A stretch of DNA of 64,000 bases from Octopus vulgaris (Eukaryota): assembly GCA_951406725.2 (NCBI GenBank), contig OX597824.1, positions 67,456,001-67,520,000 of the forward strand, given 5' to 3'. Shown piece after piece: positions 33,145 to 46,855 of this stretch. Each line of letters starts with the position of its first letter. The stretch's first letter is position 1. The translations under genes and the position numbers were made by a program. A model generated the notes under the pieces. That model was not told where the DNA came from. It searched no databases and was given only the letters and a program-made list of their open reading frames with translations.

Positions 33145-35848
33145 AAGGGGTTGTAAAAAATAAATTGATGGAAAATTAATTGCCATATATTGGTCCAATT
33201 AATTGATTGGAGTCGTGCTGCCAATTAAATAATTGATTGCAATTAATTGCAGTTAATTACAACATTGTCAGCGAAAGTTCTTCAAATGGTTCATACTTCA
33301 TTCGACGGTCAATTGGCAAATACAGTGTTCTATTATTATTTGAGGTATTGTGTTGACGCTTTGTTGTGACAGCTGAGAATTATTCATATATTCTGTCGTG
33401 CTTAGGAACTGACTACTGTGTATGTTGTCAAATGCTGATGCTTGATTCAGACTACTGAGAATGATGCACATTCTATCATGCTTAGGATTTGGCTATTGTG
33501 TATGTTGTCAAATAACTGCTGTCGAGTGTTGACGCTTGGTTAGGAATGTCGAGAATGATTCACACATTCCGTCGTGTTTGGGAATTGGCTATTGTGTATA
33601 CTGTCAAATAATCGCTGTCGAGTGATTCTTGGTTCTGACTGGCGAAAATGGTTCACACATTCTGTCGTTAAATCATAACTTTGCCTGCAACGCGGTTGTA
33701 TATTGAATTTCGTTCCAACATATTAACTGAATCAGACTTTCATCAGTGGAATGGCGAAATATCTTTTATTTTAAACTAACCCATGCCGCGTGAAAACGAG
33801 CATATCGTCAGAAAATATTTTAACCAAACAGACAGTGAACATGTATGGAATTCAAGTGTGGCAAAAGTTGACCTAGAAAAAAGGAACTGGATGGACAAAT
33901 CTTATGAATCGTATATAAGAAAAAAAAACAGCATACAGAGTATTCTACTACACAAGCAACTGGATGACCATCTTTATCGAGTTTTCTTTCTCCACGAAGT
34001 AGTTTGGTCAGTCACTCGGCCTTAAACGTTTATGGTTGGATTAAGTGCTTTATGGTAGGATGTTAGTTTAAAAACATTTTCCTTTAGTCGTAAGTACACA
34101 AACTTAGGAAATGTGACAAATGTGACCTTAAAGAAATACATGGAGAAACTCATTCAAGAAGTGGAAAAGAAAATATCTGATGAACTTCCAAGTAAATTTT
34201 CGTTGGTAATTTCGACGGTTGGACTAAGGATTCGACGCATTTCATTGGACTTTCTGCATCTTATTCGTACAATTATCAAAATGACTATTGTACTGTTTAG
34301 CTGGTATTTTCGCCAATGGTAAGTGAAACATCATTCACTACTTCTGATTATGTTGAATTTATAGAGTGCCTATAACAAAAGTTTAGAAAATGTTTAGAAA
34401 ATGTAGTTATTACCGGAGATAATACTGAAGTGAACATATCTATAGCGAATTTGTGTAGAACGCCATTGCCTGGATGCGGCTCTCACAAATTCAATCAAGC
34501 TGTTTCTGCTTATTACGACAAGTAGGAAGTTCTGTTTGATAATTTTTTTTTATATTTCTTTACTACCCATAAGGGGCTAAACACAAAGGGGACAAACAAG
34601 GACAGACAAACGGATTAAGTCGATTATATCGACCCCAGTGCGTAACTGGTACTTAATTTATCGACCCTGAAAGGATGAAAGGCAAAGTCAACCTCGGCGG
34701 AATTTGAACTCAGAATGTAACGGCAAACGAAATACGGCTACGCATTTCGCCCGGCGTGCTAATGTTGATGGGCAAGCTAAAATCATTAAAACGTGCGGGT
34801 AAACTTCGGGAAAAAACGCCTTTGCAACTTACACAACACTTATGGCATAATTGGGAGGTTTTTAGACTCTTTTCAAGGCGATCCAAAGCTGATTGGTTCC
34901 ACGCGATCATAATGATCTGCAGACTCTAAAAGACAATTTAAGAAAGTTACGCTCAGTAACAGTTGCCTTGCAAAGAACAGAAATAGATTTGGGAGAGGCT
35001 CCAATTCTTTTTGACGAAATTCTCGCATTGTATCCTTACGAGGAGGCAAAAAAAATATTTGCTTCCATCGGCAGCCATTGTGCACAGCCCAAATTTTGAA
35101 AGTGGAGTTATGAAAATTTTACAACATGCAGAAGCAGAGCTAACTGCAAATGAAGTGACTGCTCTACATCAGCTGAAAGTGGTGACAGACACGTCACAAC
35201 AGTCTGACTTACCTGTAGAAGATGATGATTTAGCTTCAATTTGTTTGAAAGAAACACAAAAGAGATAAACTTTCACCTCAGCAATATCTGAACTGTGGAT
35301 TTTTGTTATCAACGTCCAACATCTTGGAACGTTTCTTCAGCTCAGCAGGTTACTCCTTTAATGATTTTCGGCAATATTTAACACCAGCAATTATTTCTAC
35401 AAGTCAATCCTGCTTTCTTGGGTGAAGACCTAGCTCAGAAATCTGTAATCTTTCATGACCTTTTGCTGTATTAGAACATTTTAATTGTGCTACTCGTTTG
35501 AGAAACTCTTTCAATTAAAGACCTTCAATTTATTTGCTTTTCAACTACTGTACAATGTAGAGTATACATGTTGTTTGTTCCCTATTCTAAGTCAATAAGA
35601 TTAAACTTTGAACGTTTTCTGATAATAAAGTTTTTTGAAACTATAAGACGTGCTTTTTATTTTCCTATCATTTTGGCTTTTATCTAAATCAAAGCTAACA
35701 CTCCAAAATATATGTTGTTTTTTTTGACGTTCGGCAAAATATTGAAGTTAATTGCAATAATTGATTGGCCTATTTCCCAATTAGAATTAATTGATTACTA
35801 GGAAAATAATTAACTGGAAAAATTCCAATCAATTATTTACAACCCCTG
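33145..35848 (+). mobile_element. hAT-superfamily DNA transposon, apparently full length, degenerate transposase (about 33783-35420)
   Basis: TIRs (a)AGGGGTTGTAAA / TTTACAACCCCTG; degenerate 8-bp TSD ccccgggg/cctcaggg. Motifs FDGWT, GDN, GCGSHKFNQAV, IVHSPNFESG, TSNILERFFS. SINE inserted at about 34555-34762. Confidence 0.85.
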
Positions 35849-36629
35849 CCTCAGGGATCACACGAGAGCTACAGAAGCTCCCGTATTGTCTGGTACAAAC
35901 AGAAATGTTCACAGAAATTAGCAATATGTTCAAATGGTACCCCTTCCCAGCTCGGTAGACATAGCTAGTGGTGAGGTGTACCATTTCGGCCTCTTATATC
36001 AAGATAACGGTTGAGAGCTACAGATGTAGAAATTCCCACGTTGTCTGGTGCACGCAGAAGTGAGTTATATGATCTAACGGTACCAGTTCCCAGCTTGGTT
36101 GACATAGCGGTGAGGTGTATAATTTCGGCTTCTTATATCAAGATAGTGAACTACCATAATAAACCCCGCCACTAAACATGAGAGACACTCAGCTAGAGTC
36201 CACAGCTGCACTCCAGATGTTGGACTTGACTATCACCGACGATTGCTCAGGGGAAAGTAAAAGTACATCTTAGAATATCTAGTGTCGCATCTCAAATGTT
36301 ACCTCTCCTCTTTAGTGCCACAAAATATTTCAGCCCCTAACAGCTTTTGACACCCAGCAACGCTCAAGTGAGGCTCGTAACGGAATACTGATTCCACATC
36401 TGTAAGGGTCACGGACACTTCTACTTCCCTCAAAGCTTTACATTTGAAAAAAACAAAACAAAACAAAAATAAAACAAAAAAACAAACAAAAGAAATTTTA
36501 AAAAATGTACAGCAGAAAATAGCAAGCAGCTATAATCAATAAAGGCTCATGTTTGCAACAAAGACGTCAACAGCGAATAGAACACATTAACATGATCGCA
36601 ATGCAGCGTTAATAGTATAATTTGATATG

Positions 36630-37583
36630 TTGGTTTCAAATTTTGGCACAAGGCCAGCAAATTCAGGAGAGAGGGTAAATCGCTTAAATCGACTCAAGTG
36701 CTCAACTGGTACTTATTTTATCGAATCCGAAAGGATGAAAGGCAAAGTCGACCTCGGCAATATTTTAACGCAGAACGTAAAGACAGACGAAATGCCGTTA
36801 AGCATTTTACGCGGCGTGCTAACGATTCTGTCGGATCGTCGCCCTAATAATAATAACAACAACAGCAACAACAATAACAATGTTTTCTACTAAAGGCACA
36901 AGGCCCTTATAATTTGCGGTGAACGGATTTTCCGATTACACCGATCCCAGTGTTTCACTGATACTTAATTTATCGACCCGAAAGGATGAAAAGCAAAGTC
37001 GACCCCGGCGGTATTTGAATTCAGAACGTAACGAAATACTGCTAAGCAGAACGTAACGAAATACCTATTTATATTTCTTTACTACCCACAAGGGGCTAAA
37101 CACAGAGAGGACAAACAAGGACAGACAAACGGATTAAGTCGATTATAACGACCCCAGTGCGTAACTGGTACTTATTTAATCGACCCCGAAAGGATGAAAG
37201 GCAAAGTCAACCTCGGCGGAATTTGAATTCAGAACGTAACGAAATACTGCTAAGCAGAACGTAACGAAATACCTATTTCTATTTCTTTACTACCCACAAG
37301 GGGCTAAACACATAGAGGACAAACAAGGACAGACAAACGGATTAAGTCGATTATAACGACCCCAGTGCGTAACTGGTACTTATTTAATCGACCCCGAAAA
37401 GATGAAAGGGAAAGTCGACCTCGGCGGAATTTGAACTCAGAACGTAGCAGCAGCCGAAATACCCAACGAAAGGATGAAAGGCAAAGTCGACCACGGCGGA
37501 ATTTGAACTCACAACATAACGGCAGCCGAAATACTGCTAAGCATTTCGCCCGGCGTCCTAACGATTCTGCCAGCTCGCCGCCT
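36630..37583 (-). mobile_element. Cluster of second-family SINEs including a tandem amplification of about 208 bp
   Basis: aaggatgaaaggcaaagtcgacctcggcggaatttgaactcagaacg recurs at 36732, 36982, 37190, 37399 and 37471. The head ggcggcgagctggcagaatcgttag is on the minus strand at 37582. Confidence 0.85.
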
Positions 37584-39428
37584 TTAAGTTCGTTATTCTA
37601 TCGCATTTACCGAGTTGTAAAAGTAAAAGGCAGTCTTTGACTTAGGCCTCTCGAAGACCCTAGGATTCATAAAGCAGGAGCTTCACAGGGTTTCCATGGC
37701 ATATAAATGACCGAGATTACAACATTCTGCCCCTCAACGGGACACCGGTCCGTCGCAGGGTTATCTTCCGGGCTATTACTAGAACTTATTTGCTGCTGGG
37801 TGGACGGGACAAATGTGAAATGAAGTGTTTATGCTCTCTGGAAATGAACTGTTTTGTTCAATCGAAAGCACGATCTTACGATTGTGAGTGTAAGACCCTA
37901 ACCACTAAACCACACGCCTTTACAAAGTGGGGAAAGACAGAAAAAGAGAGAAATGGAAATGAGGGTGGGGGAAATTATATATCAAAAGATTAAAGGTTAG
38001 CAAAAAATACGGAAGTTGGAAATTGCAATTTCTAAATCTTCTAATAAAAGGCATATTTTTTGGGTGGAGTGGGGGAGCAAGTAAAATTTAGAGCTTCAGT
38101 TAAATAGATCTAGTAATTGAGAGAGGAGAATGATAACAAAAATAATTATTCGAAAATGTTTATGTAAAAGTTAACAAAAATACAGAATAACAAACGTAAG
38201 AAATAGAAAACGAATAGGAAATAAGGCGGAACAAGAGGGAAGTAAGAAAGAGAGACGGGGAAAAGTACAAGATGGATGAAAAGAACAAGGGAGAGAAGGA
38301 GTGAAGGATTGATAGTAAACAATTCGGAGAGATAGACGGAGAAGCAGAAGGAACGGAAAAAAATAAATGTAAGGAAAGTGAAAGTGAAAATAGATGAAAA
38401 AGAAAGAAAATGGTAAAATGGAAAGAAAGAAGGAAATACTGAAAATAGGAAAACAAAAATAGATATCGAACGTTGGTATCGATCTTAGGAATTGAACGAT
38501 ACCTATTTTAGCTGTCTTAGGAGGAACGAGATTATATATTGCAAGGTAATTTTGCCTGTTGCTCTATCGACTTTGACATTCCACTGTCGCTGGTAATAAA
38601 CGAAAAAAAAATAATAAAAAAATGGAAGAAATAGAGGAGTAACAGTAAGGCTAAGGTAGCCCGACTCGCAATGAAGAAATAAAACAGAGACGAATGAATA
38701 ATAGATGCGAGGAGTACAAAAATAAATAAAGATTAAATTAAAGAAAGAAAGAAAACGTAATAAAACGAGTAAAATAAGTATCAACATCAAGATTAACAAC
38801 ATTAACATGGAAAACGTCGAAGTGTACGAAAACTGTTGAAATATTTACCTGGCAAAGGAATAAAACCGTCTATTTGTCAGAAATAAAATGTTACGGAGTA
38901 CGACGTGGCGGCTGCGAATTGAGACCTATATACTGACAGCATGTGGATTAGTTAAAGGTCTTTCTCCCCCGTTCTTCTATTTTTGAATCGTCCTCCTCTC
39001 CGTTCTTTTCCTTTAGTTTAGTTTTGTTGTGTTATGTTGATAAATTGTATGAGCTATAAAGTTGATTGATCCACTTGTTCTCCGAACTGCTCAAATTGTC
39101 AATTCAAAACAACACGAAACAACAGCAGTAACCCTCATTAATTTCTTTCATTATTACATCTGTCTGTCCGATCGTCTGTCTCTCTGCGTATCTTCGCCTA
39201 AATACTTTTAAGTACGCTTTCCACATCCACCCCCCATCTTCTCTTAGTCCCACTCACTCGATCCCTTTATTAACCTTCCCTTCCCTCTCTCTTTCTGAAA
39301 TGTTCACTCTGGAAGATAGCTTCACTCATTTCTTTCTCCCCCTTTTCACTTGCAAACACGCACGCACGCACGCATGCACGCACTGACACGCACACACGCT
39401 TTATCTGTTTCTCACATACACGCAAACA

Positions 39429-39472
<44 letters not shown>

Positions 39473-39703
39473 CACGCACACACATACACCTTCTCGCTAA
39501 TCCCAGCTTACATAGATTCACAATCTCGTTACCCACTTTCGAGCCAAATCACCTCTCTCGTATTATTTTTCTTTCACTTTCTTTTCTCTTTTCTTGTTTT
39601 TTCATGTCTCTTTGTTTGTTTGTTTGTTTCTTTCTTTCTTTCTTAATCTTTTACACCCAAGTTTTTATCTTTTCCCTTTTACCTTTCTTTTCACTTGCCA
39701 CAC

Positions 39704-39712
39704 GTTGTTGTT

Positions 39713-39743
<31 letters not shown>

Positions 39744-40471
39744 TTGTTGTTGTTCTTCTTCTTCTTCTTCTTCTTCTTCTTCTTCTTCTTCTTCTTCTTC
39801 TCCCCACCCTCCCCCTCCTCCCCCTCCTCCTTCCTCTTCTTCTTCTTCATTCTTCTCATTCTTCTTCTCATTCTTCTTCTTCTTCTTCTTCTTCTTCTTC
39901 TTCTTCTTCTTCTTCTTCTCATTCTTCTCATTCTTCTTCTTCTTCTTCTTCTTCTTCTTCTTCTTCTTCTCATTCTTCTTCTTCTTCTCATTCTTCTTCT
40001 CATTCTTCTTCTTCTTCTTCTTCTTCTTCTTCTTCTTCTTCTTCTCATTCTTCTCATTCTTCTCAATCTTCCTCTTCCTCTTCTCATTCTTCTCCTTCCT
40101 CTCCTTCTTCTTCTTCTTCTTCTTCTTCTTCTTTTTCTTCTTCTTCTTCTTCTTCTTCTTCTTCTTCTCATTCTTCTCATTCTTCTTCTCATTCTTCTCC
40201 TTCTCCTTCTCCTTCTTCTTCTTCTTCTTCTTCTTCTTCTCATTCTTCTTCTTCGTCTTCTTCTCATTCTTCTCATTCTTCTCCTCCTCCTTCTTCTTCT
40301 TCTTCTTCTTCTTCTTCTTCTTCTTCTTCTTCTTCTTCTTCTTCTCATTCTTCTTCTTCTTCTTCTTCTTCTTCTTCTTCTTCTTCTTCTCCTTCTTCTT
40401 CTTCTTCTTCTTCTTCTTCTTCTTCTTCTTCTTCTTCTTCTTCTTCTTCTTCTTCTTCTTCTTCTTCTTCT
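39704..40471. repeat. (GTT)n followed by about 720 bp of (CTT)n with periodic CTCATT variants
   Basis: Read directly; it produces the spurious poly-L/F/S/R ORFs. Confidence 0.98.
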
Positions 40472-40629
40472 CAATTCTACTTTAATGCAAATAACTGTCT
40501 GATGTGGCATAATGTAGTGAACAGCGTAATTGGGCTAAATTTGATGATTTTTTTTTAAAGATAGTGTAGTTCAGTGAAATATAATGTAGCGTGGTGAGGT
40601 GTACTATTGTACAGTCAGTGTTTTAAATG

Positions 40630-41045
40630 CACAAAGTATATGAATGACCCCTTCAACTGGTTGCTGTCGATTTCCTTTCTGTCTACCAAATTCCATCCAC
40701 AAGACTTTAGAAGCTCCAAATTGTGAAGGAGAGCCGTACTCAAGGTACAGCGCAGTGGGATGGAACACTGAACCATGCAGTTGCAAAGTTAACTTCTTAA
40801 CCACACGGCTATTATAGTGACTCATTGATTTCAAAATTTGACACAAAGCCAGCAATTTCGAGGGGGGGGGGGGCTAAGTCGATTACATCGATCCTAGTGT
40901 TCAACTGATATTTATTTTCTCAACGTAGATATGATAAAAGGGCAAAATCAATCTGGGCGGAATTTGAACTCAGAACGTGAAGATGGACGAGATACCGCTA
41001 AGCCTTTTGCCCGGCATGTAAACGATTCTTCCAGCGAGCGGCCAT
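40630..41045 (-). mobile_element. Two adjacent degenerate SINEs (one of each major family)
   Basis: gtctaccaaattc...ttcttaaccacacggc and aagtcgattacatcg...aatttgaactcagaacg motifs. Confidence 0.7.
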
Positions 41046-41199
41046 ATTACGACCGATTTAACATCTTTTTCCTGTTCCGACCCGTAAGTTGTAGCCATGC
41101 TGGGGCATCGTCATTGCCGTTATACTTTTACTGATCATCCTTCTGTTGGCATTTGCTAAACGAGGAAGTTTGAAGTTGTTGCCTTCAGTCTACTTGCAT

Positions 41200-41420
41200 T
41201 TTAAAGATATCTACATCCACATCACATCGGTGTCTTAGTCTTTAAGTTGGAAATTGAAAATCTGTGGGCTTTTGAACCCTAAGGCACTACAGCAGCGGGT
41301 TTTAAATCTGGATGGCGAAGATGGGATCTTTGACATTATGCAGTGGTGCTCTCTTAAAGAATTAGCATAACTTTCACCAGAGTTTGGAGCAAATTCTCCT
41401 AGTATCTTCCCGATATATAA
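41200..41420 (-). mobile_element. Possible hAT C-terminal dimerization-domain relic
   Basis: Frameshifted TLVKVMLIL..STTA.CQRS...RFKT..S.L loosely resembles hATC. Confidence 0.3.
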
Positions 41421-41717
41421 TTGCATATCTTTTTCACCTTTTCTCAAGAAAACACACATGAAGAAAACAAACATATTGAAGTGTAAAATAAGTATCTTAG
41501 TCCTTAGTCCATCTCATACTGCGACGCATATTGGTACATCCATATCTACCATGCCTACTTCTGAGTTGCTAAGTTTTGTTTTGATTTCTTTATACAGTTT
41601 CTGTAGTTTGTTAGTTTTGCACGGTTACTGACTTTTAGCTCCTCTTTTTTTCACTCAGGTTTGGAAGGTGATGGAATGATTATTTAGATTACAATAACCA
41701 GGAGGAGACTGGTGAAT

Positions 41718-41721
<4 letters not shown>

Positions 41722-41793
<72 letters not shown>

Positions 41794-41806
41794 GTATATG
41801 TATGTG

Positions 41807-41856
<50 letters not shown>

Positions 41857-41931
41857 TGTATATATATACATATATATGTATATATATATATATATATATA
41901 CATATATGTATATATATACATATATGTATAA

Positions 41932-41965
<34 letters not shown>

Positions 41966-42017
41966 GTGTGTATATATATATATATATATACACATATATA
42001 TATACACATATATATAT

Positions 42018-42062
<45 letters not shown>

Positions 42063-42140
42063 TATATTTATACATATATGTATATATATACATATATGTA
42101 TATATATATATATATACATACGTATATGTATATATATACA

Positions 42141-42180
<40 letters not shown>

Positions 42181-42262
42181 CACATACATACACACATACA
42201 TACATATATATATAACAAACATACATACATATATATACATACATACATATATATATATATAT
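41722..42262. repeat. Compound (TA)/(TACA) microsatellite
   Basis: Read directly. Confidence 0.97.
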
Positions 42263-42265
42263 AAA

Positions 42266-43250
42266 CTAGCAGAGATACTCAGCGTTGCTCGGGATTAAAA
42301 TGGTATAGTTTGTATATATATATATTACAGGTATGTTGAAACGGGTGATACGGGAAATTGAAGCATTGACGACAAAACATTTGTGGAGTAAATGATGGGC
42401 TAATTCAACTAAACGACATGCCATGCGTCCGTTTGGAAGAACCCAGGCCCTAACCTGTCCTGGAAAATTAGTGTTGTGGGATAAGTGATTTTTGACTGCA
42501 CCGAAAAAGCTGTCAATTGATATACTTTCCTTTGCAGCTGTCGTCGTTACGTCTAACACTACCAATCGTATGGTTGACAGTTGAATGAATGTAGGGTACA
42601 TTCTGCAAATGGGCTACGATGGGAGATGGCAATGGGGAAGTGAAATGTTGAAATGTTGCAGAAAGCAAAGGGTTAACATTGGATTACTGGTGGGCTGTAG
42701 AATAAGAAACATAAACTGAATCACACTCCCACTTACAGACACATACACACAATACACGCACATATACAAAATGTGACGGCACTCACATACAGATAGTAAG
42801 GCAGACACACACATACATAGATAGCTTTTCACCTCATTGTTTTTTTCAGTCGTCACATATATATAAGTATGTGAAGATATGTTTTAATCCAAAATAAAAT
42901 AAAAATTATCACACATACACTCTAACGTACAGCCACATACATACAGTAAGAGAGACACACACAGACATACATTTACGCATGTCAGTCGTCACATATATAT
43001 TTGTATGTATATGTGCGTGTATGTATAGTAACGTACATAACACGGAAACACACACACACACATACACACTCATACACTCACACAGATACACACATACACA
43101 CTCATAACAAAATGTGACGTCATCGTGGTCGAGGTCTTGGTATAAAATGTCCTATAGTATTGTGGACAATAGAAAGATTATCTCTATAAAATGTTACATT
43201 GTTTTAATCGAAATAAAAAAAAAAATTACATGTTGACACTCGTGGGGTGT
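42266..43250 (-). mobile_element. Non-autonomous Helitron-like element
   Basis: The minus-strand 3' end atcccgagcaacgctgagtatctctgCTAG|t resembles the Helitron subterminal hairpin plus CTAG. The 5' boundary is uncertain. Confidence 0.55.
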
Positions 43251-43736
43251 GATACCATTAGCGTTTATTTATTTATATATTTATTTATTTATTTATTTAT
43301 TTCGGTTTTGTATTTGGTTTGCGGAATTCTTTATGTGAATTCGTGTGTTGAAGCATATTTGATGTAAACCAATCTTGATAGCACAACAACTCTAACAGCA
43401 ATAATATATATATATATATATATATAGCAAGAATTGATCAAATAGATGAATCCAGAATAGTGTGATTGTTTCTTTAAAAACTGAATAGGTACGGCAGTCG
43501 AGATGGACAGAATATGTGTTAGGAATGTTACGAAAATCTTTGATATTCCCAAACAAACAATGGTTTTTAACTTATGGGCATTAAAGCCATACGTTTTAGA
43601 GGAGGAGTGGTATAATCGATTAGACAGACCCTAGTACATAACTAGTATTGTTCTATCGATCATCTGTGGAAGGGAAAGGGCCAGCTTGATAAAGATGATT
43701 ACGATAGGAATTGAACTAAAAACATAAAAACGAGGA

Positions 43737-43767
<31 letters not shown>

Positions 43768-43899
43768 CGTGCGTGTGCGCGCGTGTGCGTGTGTATGTGT
43801 ATGAGGAGTGGGTATACGGTACAATTCCTGTCAGAATACTTCTTCTGCTTTTGAAATCTCAGCCGGCCGTTTATTATATTGTTTATTGTAGGCCATTAA

Positions 43900-45990
43900 C
43901 CCCCTCTTCTCTCCCCGCAAATAATGAATTACTTTTCCCTTCTTTCCCGTGATATAAACCATATTTCACTGGATTATTATTTTTTGCTTTTGTTGTTGCC
44001 GACGTGGAACATAATTACTTTCCTTTACTAAACAACTCTGATTACTGTAGTAAAATTACTTCTTCAGTACATCAAAATATTTCTGCCTCTAAGCAATTCT
44101 GTGTTTCCCAACGGGTTAAATTGCGATTAAACTTCACCAATAACAGGAAACCTACCTCTGCCTCAAACACACCACTGAAAGCTGGCATAAAATATGTATT
44201 ACCAGTTCACTTGACGTGACATCACGTCAAGTCGCTCTAAGGTCATTAATTTGTCCATCAGTTCAAAACGATTCAGTCTTGATCCTAATACGTCACCAGG
44301 TCCTTAACTGGATTCTTGCTGTATCACATGCCCTTCTCTCATCCAACTCTCTATTAATTTGTTTTAATTTCTTAATTCTTCCTTTACTTTTAATCCTGTA
44401 TTCTATTCTATCGATTTACCCACCTTCCATTCTCTATCGTTCTATCCTCCTTTTCCAACGCACTAACCCAGTAATGACGTGGTTTCTACAGCCCAAATGA
44501 TGCCAATACCACTAAGATCATTGTTATTTCTAGACTGCTAATCCCCATTACAGACCAGAACAGGTTCCGGTTATCGAAATTCAGCCTCTCCGTTACTGGT
44601 GCTAGAATAAAACACAACCACCTCGTTTTCCTTTTGTTTTACTTATATGGTAGGTCTAAGACATCGTGCAGTTTCACACCTAAGGATGCTTTTAGTGAAA
44701 TTAAGACAATGCAAGCATTCAGATAGGCAGCAAGGATTATCACACTTTCATGAAGCACTGATCTCTATGGCATTTTACGAGATCCAATGGACAATTCTTT
44801 CGCGTTGTTTTATTTTTTCGATCATTCGTGAACACCCATTTAACCGACATTTCACACATCAGCTTCTATGAAGACGTAAACTCCAAGTTCTATTCCTGTC
44901 TGAGATGCAAATCGCTCACCCCATACCCATTACCTACCACTATCGTACAGGTTTCTCCATTCATTTCAATATTTAAACCTCACCTGGAAGGATTCTGTCA
45001 ACACATAAGCAGAATCCACTCTTACCTCAACTTATTTCCCTCAACTGGATATCAGCGACAATTAGTTACTCTAGTTAAAAGTCTTTCTCCCTTTTCTAAA
45101 TTCATCTGGTACCTCTGTGATTTCCCGAATTCCATTGACCCATCACCAACGATTTATAAGAATCTTAGGCTCTATATTTCATCTCACACCGCCTTGACGT
45201 CATCGTCCTCGGTACGTTCCATATTCATAACTTTTCCAACAACTACATAACCCATTAACTCTCCACAACAATTCCCACACGAAGGATCTTTTTGGTTTGA
45301 TCGGCAGTTTTTAACATAATTTCTTGGTAACTAAAAAAATTTAAACTTCGTGTACTGGTAGAATGTGTTTATAAAACATATTTTTCTCTTGGTTTTATTG
45401 AGAAAATTCTATAGTTTGTAAGATATTTGTTTTTTTCTTCAATTTCTGCAATTTCAACCAATCACTGACGTCTATATTGTAAACAACATTCTGTGCCGTA
45501 TGAATATGTCCCTCGTTTAAGAAACAGATTGGGTTTATTTACATTTGTGGAGAAAAAAAGAAACCCTTCCCCCACCCCTAACCCTAACCCTAACTAACCC
45601 TAAATCTAAAATAGATTGAAATGCAATAGATCGATTCTAGGGTCATAATTATGGGTGACAATTTCATACGACACCGCTAGAAAAAAACTGCCGTTCAAAC
45701 CGAAAAGATCCCACACGAATTCTTGACCAACAAATTGCAATCACACCAAAGTCTCTTCATATTTTTATCACCGCCATGCACTAAATGAATCATTCTGCTC
45801 CAAGACGACTACTCACCACACATCCACAATGTTCGGAGCATCTCTTCAACTAATCTGATTCAATTGGAACTTCGCCAGTTCTACTTTAACATATGACTAG
45901 GCAAAATATCTGCTTCATTTGTGACCTTCCAGTAGAAGCTATGCATACTCCGGTAAATTTCACACATAGCTAAAACATCTTCTAAGTAGT
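43900..45990 (-). mobile_element. Highly degenerate LINE remnant (RTE-like), interrupted by a MITE
   Basis: Only fragmentary motifs (WELL.., a Cys-rich PC..C..G.G-like segment) among many stops. Confidence 0.3.
45284..45711. mobile_element. MITE with about 28-bp TIRs and a perfect 8-bp TSD
   Basis: TIR GGATCTTTTtGGTTTGAtCGGCAGTTTTT and its complement at the right end. TSD CACACGAA at 45276-45283 and 45712-45719. Internal (CCCTAA)n. Confidence 0.9.
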
Positions 45991-46423
45991 TCTCACATAG
46001 CTATATTGCTGTAGAAGAGGTAAAGAATAATTGCTTACAAAGTTCGAGCAACAAAACAAAACTAAAACAAAGAACTAACACAACAACTGCAACAACAAAC
46101 CAAAACAAAATCCTCCGCTATTCCTTAACAACTTGACAGTCTTTTTATTATCTTGCACTAACAATAGATATTTTATTAATTAATAATATAGAGGGCTGCC
46201 CAACTTAGGTCCGAATTTCGTTGTCCGAAAAAATATTAACTCCATAAATATTGGTTTCAAATTTTGACACAAAAACAGAATGTTTGGGGAAGGGGGTTAA
46301 ATCTGTTACATCGACCCCAATATTCAACTGATACTTATTTTATCGATCCCGAAAGGATGAAAGGTAAACTGGATCCTGGCGGCATTTGAATTCAGAACGT
46401 AAAGTTGGAAGAAATACCGCAAA

Positions 46424-46588
46424 GGCGCAGGAGTGGATGTGTGGTAAGTAGCTTGCTAACCAACCACATGGTTCCGGGTTCAGTTCCACTGCGTGGCATC
46501 TTGGGCAAGTGTCTTCTGCTATAGCCCCGGGCCGACCAATGCCTTGTGAGTGGATTTGGTAGGCGGAAACTGAAAGAAGCCTGTCGTA

Positions 46589-46633
<45 letters not shown>

Positions 46634-46855
46634 ATATGTGTTTGTGTGTCTGTGTTTGTCCCCCTAGCATTGCTTGACAACCGATACTGGTGTGTTTACG
46701 TCCCCGTCACTTAGCGGTTCGGCAAAAGAGAACGATAGAATAAGTACTGGGCTTACAAAGAATAAGTCCCGGGGTCGATTTGCTCGACTAAAGGCGGTGC
46801 TCCAGCATGGCCGCAGTCAAATGACTGAAACAAGTAAAAGTAAAAGTAAAAAGTA
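46424..46855 (+). mobile_element. Full-length tRNA-derived SINE nested in an opposite-strand SINE of a second family (about 46250-46898)
   Basis: Head ggcgcaggagtgg..gtgtggtaag, B box ggttcagttcc, tail (gtaaaa)n. The host SINE sequence resumes after the insertion. Confidence 0.9.

Noticed and set aside
35864-36145. Degenerate tandem duplication of about 150 bp next to the hAT end
   Set aside because: Real but short and without recognisable function.
36960-37520. Regularly spaced direct repeats resembling a CRISPR array
   Set aside because: The sequences between repeats are identical and SINE-derived, the context is eukaryotic, and there are no cas genes.
39594-40558. ORFs of about 300 aa of poly-Leu/Phe/Ser/Arg
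   Set aside because: Artefact of the (CTT)n repeat.
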